Source: an uncultured virus (IMG/VR IMGVR_UViG_3300042558_004670)
Taxonomy: Duplodnaviria; Heunggongvirae; Uroviricota; Caudoviricetes
IMG/VR virus record: IMGVR_UViG_3300042558_004670
Reading direction: 5' to 3' (one strand)
Length of the DNA: 20,000 bases
Translations under genes and position numbers: made by a program
Notes under the pieces: generated by a model
What the model saw: the letters and a program-made list of their open reading frames with translations, nothing else
The model's database searches: none
What the model was told of the DNA's origin: nothing
Shown: positions 1 through 7,040 of the stretch, piece after piece
How positions within the stretch are numbered: the first letter of the stretch is position 1
How the letters are laid out: each line of letters begins with the position of its first letter

Positions 1-1251
1 GTCGACCTGCCCAGCAAACCCGCAAAGACAGATACGTACGTCTTTGACGGCCAGAACTACTACTTCTCTTTGAGAAGCGTACCGAAAGGCCTGTTCACAG
101 TCAGCAAGCAAACGATTGAACAGCTTGTGCAGTCGTATTCCTACGAAGGCCAGCATGCGACTCTTCAGGAGTTGAGTCGGGTCCTGACATGGAGCCGGCG
201 CACTGTGCGGGAAGTTCTCCGAGCACTGGGTGTGACCCACAGCAGCCTCCCCTTCACTGATGAGCAGATCGAGGATCAGCCAGAAGAGGTGCTGGTTGAG
301 GACATGGTGCGTGCGAAGGAGCAGCGCATCTACGTAGCGGCACAGCGCAAGGTGTTGGAAGAGCAGAAGTTGCTGGCCACGAAGGCGAGCAACATCCGGG
401 AGTTCATCCGGTCTGTTCTCCCAGAAGTGTCCTTGCCCACACCACCTGCCCGCGAAGTAGCGAAGGTTGCAAGTGGGGTGACCGTCGTCTCACACGCAAC
501 CGACCTTCACTTCGGAAAAGATGGCTGGCGCTTGCGTGCTGGTTCTGAGGGCTACTCAAGGGATGAGTGCCGCCGTCGCTTGTTGTCCGCAACGAATGCC
601 CTCATGGGGCGGGTGGACAAGTGGGGCCACGTCAAGCGTGTCATCTTGGGTGTTGGGGGCGACTGGTTCCATGTCGACAACCACAGAAACACAACAACCG
701 CAGGCACCCCACAAGATGCGGATGGCAACTACCGTCGCATCTTCATGGAGGGGTGTCAGCTGGCGTACGAACACATTGAAATGTGGCGCACAGCAGGGGC
801 ACCGGTAGAAGTTGTTGCTGTTCGGGGCAACCATGATTACTACTCAACAATGATGTTGGTGCTTTGGCTTGAAGCATTGTACAGGAACGTGGCGGGTGTG
901 AAGGTCCACGCAGTTGACGAAGACCGCCACTACCTCCATGTTGGCAACACTTTGCTTGGTATGACCCATGGCGACTCCACGAAAGACCAAGACCTCCGGG
1001 CTTTGATGTCCTGTGAGGCAAAGGACTTGTGGGCAAAGACGGAACACCGCTTGTGGTTGACCGGTCACTGGCATTCACAGATCGTTAGTGAGCAGTATGG
1101 TGTGGTTGTAGAACATCTCCCCTCATTGGCAGGGTCAGATGCGTGGCACACGAAGCACGGTTATGTTGGTAACCGCAAGCTGCTCATGGCGCACATCATT
1201 GATGATAAACATGGGCCAGTGGCCAAGGTGTGGGCTGACGCCAAAGAGTGA
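1..1251 (+). CDS. Calcineurin-like metallophosphoesterase with N-terminal HTH/coiled coil (5'-truncated by window edge)
   Basis: Frame is open from base 1 (VDLPSKPAKTDTYVFDGQNYYF...), so the start lies upstream. Five MPP motifs in order: DLHFG, GGDWFH, RGNHD, THGD, GHWH. HTH-like TLQELSRVLTWSRRTVREVL. Confidence 0.85.
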   Translation, partial: VDLPSKPAKTDTYVFDGQNYYFSLRSVPKGLFTVSKQTIEQLVQSYSYEGQHATLQELSRVLTWSRRTVREVLRALGVTHSSLPFTDEQIEDQPEEVLVEDMVRAKEQRIYVAAQRKVLEEQKLLATKASNIREFIRSVLPEVSLPTPPAREVAKVASGVTVVSHATDLHFGKDGWRLRAGSEGYSRDECRRRLLSATNALMGRVDKWGHVKRVILGVGGDWFHVDNHRNTTTAGTPQDADGNYRRIFMEGCQLAYEHIEMWRTAGAPVEVVAVRGNHDYYSTMMLVLWLEALYRNVAGVKVHAVDEDRHYLHVGNTLLGMTHGDSTKDQDLRALMSCEAKDLWAKTEHRLWLTGHWHSQIVSEQYGVVVEHLPSLAGSDAWHTKHGYVGNRKLLMAHIIDDKHGPVAKVWADAKE

Positions 1252-1273
1252 TGACACACATTGGTGGATCTTT

Positions 1274-1282
1274 GCACTCTCC
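1274..1282 (+). promoter_or_regulatory. Candidate phage promoter motif GCACTCTCC followed by AAGAGG RBS
   Basis: Same 9-mer plus AAGAGG recurs at 14077, and a variant at 19346, each directly before a gene start. Confidence 0.35.
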
Positions 1283-1298
1283 GAAAGAGGTGTAAGAT

Positions 1299-1823
1299 AT
1301 GCCGCCAATCCCAGCGTCGAACCGATACAACATTGAAGCCAGTCGGCCCGCTGTACCGATTGACTTCGATGCGCCGTATGCCCCAACCACACAAACCTAC
1401 CACGGCTTTTCGATCCAAGTCGATGGCGTGACCATCGGTCGCCTGACCTCTTGGACCCCGCAGCAGCTTGACCGTGCGATGACCCACACACGTGAGCTGA
1501 ATCCTCGCACATTCGGTCAGCCAGTTGACCTTGTGCCCGGTATCGCAAGCAACTTCACGGTGTCGTTCGCCCGCACCGAAGTGTGGAACGAAGAGATCGA
1601 GCGCGCTCTTGGTATCGCAGCAGACCCCTACAGCCTGTTGTTGAACCAGACCCGGCCCTTCTCGATCGATGAGGTCTACGCGCGTGGCAACCAGACCTAC
1701 CGTCGGTTCCGCTACCTTGGTTGCTGGTTCAGCTCCAAGAACGTCAGCGCGTTCGAGGCAGAAGGTGACGGCATCATCCGCATTGACGGGGAGATCACCT
1801 TCGTAAACAAGATCCTCGTTTGA
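1299..1823 (+). CDS. Contractile phage tail tube protein (gp19/XkdM-like fold)
   Basis: 174 aa, AGAGG RBS. Tube-like pattern: FSIQVDGVTIGRLTSW, RELN...VDLVPG, FTVSFARTEVW, FSIDE, FRYLGCWFSS, IRIDGEITF. Confidence 0.75.
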   Translation: MPPIPASNRYNIEASRPAVPIDFDAPYAPTTQTYHGFSIQVDGVTIGRLTSWTPQQLDRAMTHTRELNPRTFGQPVDLVPGIASNFTVSFARTEVWNEEIERALGIAADPYSLLLNQTRPFSIDEVYARGNQTYRRFRYLGCWFSSKNVSAFEAEGDGIIRIDGEITFVNKILV

Positions 1824-1829
1824 AATCAA

Positions 1830-1921
1830 TGGCTTGTCTGAGTGGTTGGGGGAGCTGACGACATCACCGTCGTCCCCTGCAAGGAAAACTTGAGGGCACC
1901 TGTCCAGATCTCTGGACACCA
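1830..1921 (+). ncRNA. Possible degenerate tRNA-like / structured RNA
   Basis: TGTCTGAGTGGTTGGGGGAGC resembles a tRNA-Ser D-arm. Also a 5-bp stem with 7-nt loop (1856-1872), a long extra arm (1875-1896) and a 3' hairpin ending in ACCA (1918-1921). No canonical acceptor stem or TTCGA loop. Confidence 0.25.
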
Positions 1922-1934
1922 CCTGTCCGTTGTG

Positions 1935-1968
1935 AATACCCTCCCGCAAAACGGAGGGTATTTTGCTT
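1935..1968 (+). terminator. Intrinsic terminator-like hairpin that also sequesters the downstream RBS
   Basis: Perfect 10-bp stem AATACCCTCC (1935-1944) / GGAGGGTATT (1953-1962) ending in TTTTGCTT. Confidence 0.65.
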
Positions 1969-2310
1969 ACACCCCAACGACTGGTTGACTGCCCCGCCTG
2001 CAAAGAACGCCACACTGAGGGAGACTGCCCCAGAGATCAGGAGGCGGATGTCAACGTGGATGACCCTGCGGTGCAGATCGCGATGCGTCGCGGCATCCTC
2101 ACACGCCCTGCACACTGCTCTGTCTGTAAGGCTGATGGTGAAGTTGTTGGCCACGTCGTTGCTGGCACTGGCGTCGTCGAGTGGAAATGTGCAGGGTGCC
2201 GGACATTCCGCTGCGACTGGTGCTGCGAAAGGACGCGCTCCCGCAACAAGTATTGCTCCGCGAACTGCCTCGTGGCACATTGGCAGGCGCAACACACCAA
2301 AGCGTCTTGA
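1963..2310 (+). CDS. Small Cys-rich multi-zinc-finger protein
   Basis: TTG start after GGAGG. Paired cysteines CPAC, CSVC, CAGC, CDWC and a YCSANC (TRASH/MYM-like) motif. Ends 12 nt before the DHH gene. Confidence 0.55.
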   Translation: MLTPQRLVDCPACKERHTEGDCPRDQEADVNVDDPAVQIAMRRGILTRPAHCSVCKADGEVVGHVVAGTGVVEWKCAGCRTFRCDWCCERTRSRNKYCSANCLVAHWQAQHTKAS

Positions 2311-2322
2311 AAGGGTCTACTC

Positions 2323-3345
2323 ATGTGGCACCAAGGGCAAACACCACCTCGTCGAACGGCTGTCATCACTCACGGTGACTGCTTGGATGGCTTCACTGCC
2401 GCCCACACAGTTCACACCTTCCTCTCAAAGAGGGGTGACGACGTTTGCCACTGGTTCTGGCAGCACAACAAGAACCCGCCTGCGTTTGGGAAGGACGGCG
2501 TTGTTCTGCACGTTGACCCATCCTGCTCCGTTGTTGGTACAGGCAGCTTCTACTCAGCTGACGGTGCAGCAACCCGCATGGTCGCCTCTTTGGACGTCGC
2601 CGTCTTTGACGAGATCTTGTTCTTCGACATCTTCCCGACAAGGGAGATGATGCAAGCACTTCGCTCTTTGGGCGCCATTCAGCGGGTTAAGATCTTTGAC
2701 CACCACGACGGCGTGCGCCACCGTGACGCGAAGGCACCCGATGCTCCTTCTTTGTTGGAAGTTGCAACAGAGATGGGCTTCTCGGTTGTCATGTCTGACG
2801 ACAACAGTGGCGCAGGCCTTGCTCACGCATACGCCTACCCACAAGAAGAAGCGGACCTCTTCACCGTCCTTGTTGAGGACGGAGACCTTTGGCGATTCAA
2901 GCACGAGAAGACCAAGGCACTACGCCTCATGTTGGAGGTCACGGAAAAGACTTTTCCAGATTGGACAGCAGCTCGGGACCGCGTCAACAGCGACCCGCCC
3001 ATGCTGGACCGCTGGTCTGAGTGTCTTGATTACAGGGACAGAATCGTCAAGAAGCTTGCCGACCAAGCGATTTGGACTCGGTTTGCGGACCATCTTGTAC
3101 CGTTTGTCAACAGTCCTGTTTGGCAGAGTGAGATTGGAAACTTCTTGTGTAAGAAGTATCCTTCTGCCCCCTTTGCGCTGGTGTACTGCACGGGCGGTCC
3201 GGACCACAACACGTACGTAAGCCTACGCGCGAATGGAAATGTCCACGTTGGCCTTCTCGCACAGAAGTTCGGTGGCGGTGGACATGCAAACGCAGCTGGT
3301 TGCATGCTGACAGCAGACCAGTGGCGCTACACCGTGGCTGGTTAG
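2323..3345 (+). CDS. DHH/DHHA1 family phosphoesterase (NrnA/NrnB-like)
   Basis: HGDCLDG, FFD, IFDHH, SGAGLA, EDGDLWRF, SLR and GGGGHANAAG motifs. Confidence 0.9.
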   Translation: MWHQGQTPPRRTAVITHGDCLDGFTAAHTVHTFLSKRGDDVCHWFWQHNKNPPAFGKDGVVLHVDPSCSVVGTGSFYSADGAATRMVASLDVAVFDEILFFDIFPTREMMQALRSLGAIQRVKIFDHHDGVRHRDAKAPDAPSLLEVATEMGFSVVMSDDNSGAGLAHAYAYPQEEADLFTVLVEDGDLWRFKHEKTKALRLMLEVTEKTFPDWTAARDRVNSDPPMLDRWSECLDYRDRIVKKLADQAIWTRFADHLVPFVNSPVWQSEIGNFLCKKYPSAPFALVYCTGGPDHNTYVSLRANGNVHVGLLAQKFGGGGHANAAGCMLTADQWRYTVAG

Positions 3346-4103
3346 AACTGGCGGACTGAGTCAAGCATGGAAGCTTCGTAGCTCTGCACCATTTCCGCAG
3401 GGTTGAAGATATCTGGTGAGGATTCGTGGACCAACAGGCTGGTTTCCCAGTTCAGCTCTGGGGAACCTTCTGCTTCCTCTGACCAAGATGTTCCTTGTGG
3501 GTCAAGGTAGCCCTTGAGGAGTAGATCCGGGAACGCGTTGGAGCTGAAGAATACCCACACATAGTTGTGCGCACCCTCACGGTCACCACTTGGTACCAGT
3601 GGTGGCTGATTCATCAAATCAAGGAAGTAGTAGAAGTCACTCAAACCATGAGGGACTTTTACGGTTTGGTACGCGGTTGGGATAGGAAGAATGTTACCGC
3701 TCTGCATGGAGAGGGAAACTCGCGGATGCCCAACCCAGACAGGCTTCCCATCGTGACCCGGACGGGGCGAGGCGAAGCGGGCGTGGCCACCCTTCACTTC
3801 CTCTTCACCAGCACGAAGCGGAAGCGTCCACGACGCAGCTTTGAACCCAGCGTGGAGGGCAAGGTACTTCCCCTCCTGTGCCCACATTGTGCTTGTGATG
3901 ATGCTGGGGGAAAGGTCACCGCTCTGGAGATACCCACCATAGGGGAGGCGCATTCTTTCGCTGTCAGCAGTGGAGGCGTCTCGCGAAGAAGCAGCTGTCC
4001 CGTTACCTGCAAGGGCCTGTGCCGTTGCGGACTTCGCCAATGTGGAGCGGTCGACACCCGGCTTGAGGATGATTTGAGCATCGGAAAGGGACACCAGAGG
4101 CAT
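3342..4103 (-). CDS. Hypothetical protein, possibly baseplate/tube-initiator-like virion protein
   Basis: Start moved from 4175 to ATG 4103 (GGAG 8 nt upstream; the longer ORF would run through the HU terminator). C-terminal LKGYLDPQGTSWSEEAEGSPELNWETSLLV has a tube-fold-like beta pattern. Confidence 0.55.
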   Translation of the reverse strand: MPLVSLSDAQIILKPGVDRSTLAKSATAQALAGNGTAASSRDASTADSERMRLPYGGYLQSGDLSPSIITSTMWAQEGKYLALHAGFKAASWTLPLRAGEEEVKGGHARFASPRPGHDGKPVWVGHPRVSLSMQSGNILPIPTAYQTVKVPHGLSDFYYFLDLMNQPPLVPSGDREGAHNYVWVFFSSNAFPDLLLKGYLDPQGTSWSEEAEGSPELNWETSLLVHESSPDIFNPAEMVQSYEASMLDSVRQF

Positions 4104-4125
4104 AGGAATAGCTCCATCGCATCCC

Positions 4126-4168
4126 AAAAAGAAGAGGTCTGCCCCTACAGTATAGGGACAGACCTCTT
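4126..4168 (-). terminator. Rho-independent terminator after HU gene
   Basis: On the minus strand AAGAGGTCTGTCCCTA-TACTG-TAGGGGCAGACCTCTT (16 bp, one G-U) followed by CTTTTT. Confidence 0.85.
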
Positions 4169-4199
4169 TGTTCACCCCATCAGCGGGTGATCAAGCCTC

Positions 4200-4796
4200 T
4201 CAGGCAGCCTTGCCAGAGCGAACGAAGGCCTTGGTTGCCGCAGTCGGCTTGGCCTTGAGCACGCGGTGCGCAGGGACCACGATCTTCTTCTCGCGCTCAC
4301 GTGGGTTGTGGGCCATGCGCTCAGGCTTGTCGACACCTTCGAAGGTCGCAATCAGGGTCTTGACCTTCTTGCCGTCAGCCGCCGCCTTGAGCACCACCGT
4401 CTGGTACGCGTTCAGGACTTCCTTCACCAGCGAGGCACGCATCTGCACACCAAAGATGTGCTTGGTCTCTGCTGCGACCAGACGGGCGAGGTCGTTGGCA
4501 GAGATCGTGTCATCGGCGTACTCCGAGGTGTACGCGTCAGCGCTGTTCTTGCCGTCAAAGACGCGGCTGACGATGGGCTTGCCCTCTTCGTCAAGGGTGA
4601 CCACCTTGTCCTTGTAGGCGAGGGCGGCAGCGATCTGGCTCTGCTTCTTCTTGCGCTCGCCGGCAGCCTTGGGAGCGGCTGGGGCTTTTGCCGCCTTGGG
4701 AGCAGCTGCCTTGGGAGCAGCAGCGGGAGCCGCAGCTGGCGTGGCAGCTTCGGTCTTGGCGGGGGCGGCAGTGGCGGCTTTTCGTGCATTCATCAT
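4200..4796 (-). CDS. HU/IHF-family DNA-binding protein with N-terminal Ala/Pro/Lys-rich extension
   Basis: C-terminal ~100 aa fit HU: ISANDLARLVAAE, LVKEVLNAYQTVV, DGKKV, ATFEGVDKPERMAHNP...KIVVPAHRVLKAKP. N-terminal AAPKA repeats. Confidence 0.85.
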   Translation of the reverse strand: MMNARKAATAAPAKTEAATPAAAPAAAPKAAAPKAAKAPAAPKAAGERKKKQSQIAAALAYKDKVVTLDEEGKPIVSRVFDGKNSADAYTSEYADDTISANDLARLVAAETKHIFGVQMRASLVKEVLNAYQTVVLKAAADGKKVKTLIATFEGVDKPERMAHNPREREKKIVVPAHRVLKAKPTAATKAFVRSGKAA

Positions 4797-4812
4797 GGTC
4801 TTGGTTCTCTCT

Positions 4813-4857
4813 TTTGCCTTTCGGCGGTTTGCCTTTCGGCGGGGTTTCCCTTACGGG
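4813..4857 (-). promoter_or_regulatory. Three GNRA mini-hairpins in HU leader, including a perfect 15-nt tandem repeat
   Basis: Minus strand reads CCC-GTAA-GGG, then CCGCC-GAAA-GGCAAA twice (4813-4827 and 4828-4842), directly before the AGAGAG RBS. Confidence 0.6.
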
Positions 4858-4860
4858 GAT

Positions 4861-5478
4861 TCAGTCCTGATCGTCTTCGTCGTCAAAGTCTTCATCGGCG
4901 AAGTCGTCGTCATCGTCATCAACCGAGCCTTCATCTTCTTCGACTTCCTCATCGGAATCACCATCATTGGTGTCTTCATCAGCGTCGAACGCGTCACTTG
5001 TATCCTTATCCTCGCTCTTTTCGAGGAGAGGTGCAAGCCCTTTTCTATTCGCAAGTTCCGTTGCGTAGTGTTCACCCGCCGCGAATGCAACTTCCACAAG
5101 CTGGTAGGGCGTGAAAATGACACCTGTGGCGGACTTCACATCGTCAACACCACCATCATTGATGTCCAAGACACCAAACTTCTCGAACAGGGCGGCAACG
5201 AACTCTGGCGGAAGGACGCGTTCCGGCATCCCCTGTTCCCGTTGCACTTTGTTGTGTGCCTCGACATCCAACTGGTCGACTTCGATGTATCCTTCAAGGT
5301 TGGGCTTGCCTGCAAGGGCTACACACCCAACGGAGGAGGCGAGTTGACCATTCGGGTCAAGAAGCTCCATCAGCGACCACAGGCGCCCGATCTCTCGCGA
5401 CTTGTCGAGGATGGTGTTGCGCACAGCGCGGCCAAACTTCTTCTCGGAGTCACGGGCCAACTTCTCACGGTCCTGCAT
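4861..5478 (-). CDS. Hypothetical protein with very acidic C-terminal tail
   Basis: ATG 5478 preceded by AAAGAGG. 205 aa, last ~50 aa dominated by D/E. The longer 5874 start overlaps the primase and is rejected. Confidence 0.75.
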   Translation of the reverse strand: MQDREKLARDSEKKFGRAVRNTILDKSREIGRLWSLMELLDPNGQLASSVGCVALAGKPNLEGYIEVDQLDVEAHNKVQREQGMPERVLPPEFVAALFEKFGVLDINDGGVDDVKSATGVIFTPYQLVEVAFAAGEHYATELANRKGLAPLLEKSEDKDTSDAFDADEDTNDGDSDEEVEEDEGSVDDDDDDFADEDFDDEDDQD

Positions 5479-5561
5479 GTCTGCCTCTTTCTTTTGGGTT
5501 CTCTGCGGTCTCCGCTGAAGAACCAGCGGAATGGGTCGAGTTTCGGGTAGTAGCGGGATCT

Positions 5562-7013
5562 TCACATGTTTACCAGTTCCTTCTGCAAGAAAGCGATTTG
5601 CTTGTCGCTCATCTTGCCGGGGTCTTTGTCGGGAGGCAAGACCAGACCCATTGCGTTGCAGCCGGAAAGACTTTCCAGAATCTGCACCTGTGCTTCTTGT
5701 CCGGCCTTGTCTCCGTCCATGAGAACAAGGAAGTGCGTGACTCCAGCGGCGATGAGAGCATCCCGCTTGATGGGTCCCCAGTTGCTCACGCCAAGGATCG
5801 CGAGGGCAGGAACACCAAGCGACCACAGGCGCATTGCGTCGACCGGGCCTTCCACCAAGACAACGCGCTTCCACCCGTAACGTAGAACCTTCTCTCCGTT
5901 AAAGAAGAGGTCGTTCGCAGGAAGCTCCTTGTCGTGCCAACCAGAACGGTCGGCGTGAAGAGGCGCATACTTTGGGGTTGCATCTTCTGGCTCGATTGCG
6001 CGACAGGTGTACGCACGGAGCGCGCCTGACATCGTGCGAATGGGCAACCCGATGCGCAGTACGTTGGATCTGAGGTCATCAACCCGCACACACCCCTGAT
6101 CGCGAAGCCACTGGCCACGGAAACCACGCCAGTTCCCTCTCCACTCACTCACCAGCGGCTTGGTGAAGTCCTTGGCCCGGTCGCGCTTGTGCTCTTTTAC
6201 ACCTGCCTTGGTCAAAGCACGAGCAACACGAGCCATCGCAGCAGCAGAGGCATCTGTCCCAAACGGAGTGGGCACCTCTTGCGCGTTGATCTTCTTTGCC
6301 AGCTTGCCCCATTGGCCACCAGCACCACAGGCGAAGCAGTTGCCAGTAAGGAGGTTACCTTCAAGGCAGAAGGCGCCAGCACCCGGCACAACAGCACAGA
6401 AGACCTCTTCCTCGATATCGAGGGGGCGCACAGATTCCACGACCCAGCGCAGGCGCTCGAACTTTGTGGTTTGTGGGAACAACGGGGACATGCGGTGCCC
6501 CTTTCGCAGAGACGCCGTCGTCACCTCAACCTCTCGCGACTTCCCACGAACGAACCATCGGTGCTCTGCCGTGCACCGAATGACCTTCTTCACGCCGTTC
6601 CGGCTCAGAGAAACCTCATGAAGTTTCTGCACACCGAAAGACCGGAACTCAACCTTTTGCCACCCGCCATTCCAACCCTTACCAAGAAGACACTCTTGCC
6701 CAGCTACTGGAACCAGTGCTTCATGGAAGCCACCGGAAAGGTCACGGATCGGGAAAACTCCTTCTCTGGTGATGACGCGGGTCTCCCCCGCAAGGCATTT
6801 ATACCAACCCTCATGGCGGTCCAACAGTAGCGATGGCGAACCATCTTCGTAGCCGAGGCGTTCAAAGTGGAAGGGGCACTTCACACGGATCTTCGCGCCG
6901 TCCACAACGTGCTCAACCTCAGATTCCCTGAGTTGTGCCTCATACCACTCGCTATCCTTCTGCTGGACGTCGGGGGTGACAGCTGACTGAAAGTCTGCTA
7001 GTTTTCCGCGCAT
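5562..7013 (-). CDS. dnaG: DnaG-type DNA primase (CHC2 zinc finger + Toprim), intein-containing
   Basis: CPFH ... YK|CFAC zinc-binding domain. Toprim motifs VVLVEGPVDA, ALAILG, MDGDKAG, KDPG. Confidence 0.9.
   Translation of the reverse strand: MRGKLADFQSAVTPDVQQKDSEWYEAQLRESEVEHVVDGAKIRVKCPFHFERLGYEDGSPSLLLDRHEGWYKCLAGETRVITREGVFPIRDLSGGFHEALVPVAGQECLLGKGWNGGWQKVEFRSFGVQKLHEVSLSRNGVKKVIRCTAEHRWFVRGKSREVEVTTASLRKGHRMSPLFPQTTKFERLRWVVESVRPLDIEEEVFCAVVPGAGAFCLEGNLLTGNCFACGAGGQWGKLAKKINAQEVPTPFGTDASAAAMARVARALTKAGVKEHKRDRAKDFTKPLVSEWRGNWRGFRGQWLRDQGCVRVDDLRSNVLRIGLPIRTMSGALRAYTCRAIEPEDATPKYAPLHADRSGWHDKELPANDLFFNGEKVLRYGWKRVVLVEGPVDAMRLWSLGVPALAILGVSNWGPIKRDALIAAGVTHFLVLMDGDKAGQEAQVQILESLSGCNAMGLVLPPDKDPGKMSDKQIAFLQKELVNM
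6339..6797 (-). mobile_element. Mini-intein (153 aa, no homing endonuclease) in the primase zinc-binding domain
   Basis: Block A CLAGETRVIT, block B CTAEHRWF, block F EEVFCAVVPGAGAF, block G LLTGN|C. Removal restores GWYK-CFAC. Confidence 0.92.
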
Positions 7014-7040
7014 GTCCGCTCTCTGTGCATAGGGGTGCTT

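Noticed and set aside
70..72. TTG 70 as start of the phosphoesterase
   Set aside because: Frame is open to base 1 with protein-like sequence and no SD; the start is probably outside the window.
1299..1823. Extracellular contractile injection system or T6SS locus
   Set aside because: No adjacent sheath, spike, baseplate cluster or ATPase; the context is phage replication genes.
1985..2650. 221-aa ORF with AGGAGG before ATG 2048
   Set aside because: S/T/R-rich shadow-frame composition and overlap with the clear DHH gene.
4104..4175. N-terminal extension of ORF 3342..4175
   Set aside because: Overlaps the HU terminator and a second hairpin (4172-4190); ATG 4103 has a good SD.
5511..5530. 7-bp hairpin TCCGCTG/CAGCGGA after primase
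   Set aside because: Short, with no U-tract on the minus strand; no function can be supported.
4266..5550. Long plus-strand ORFs 4266..5114 and 4651..5550
   Set aside because: Antisense shadows of HU and the acidic gene; the apparent hydrophobic stretches mirror D/E codons.
6339..6797. Homing endonuclease within the intein
   Set aside because: Only 153 aa, with no LAGLIDADG or HNH motifs.
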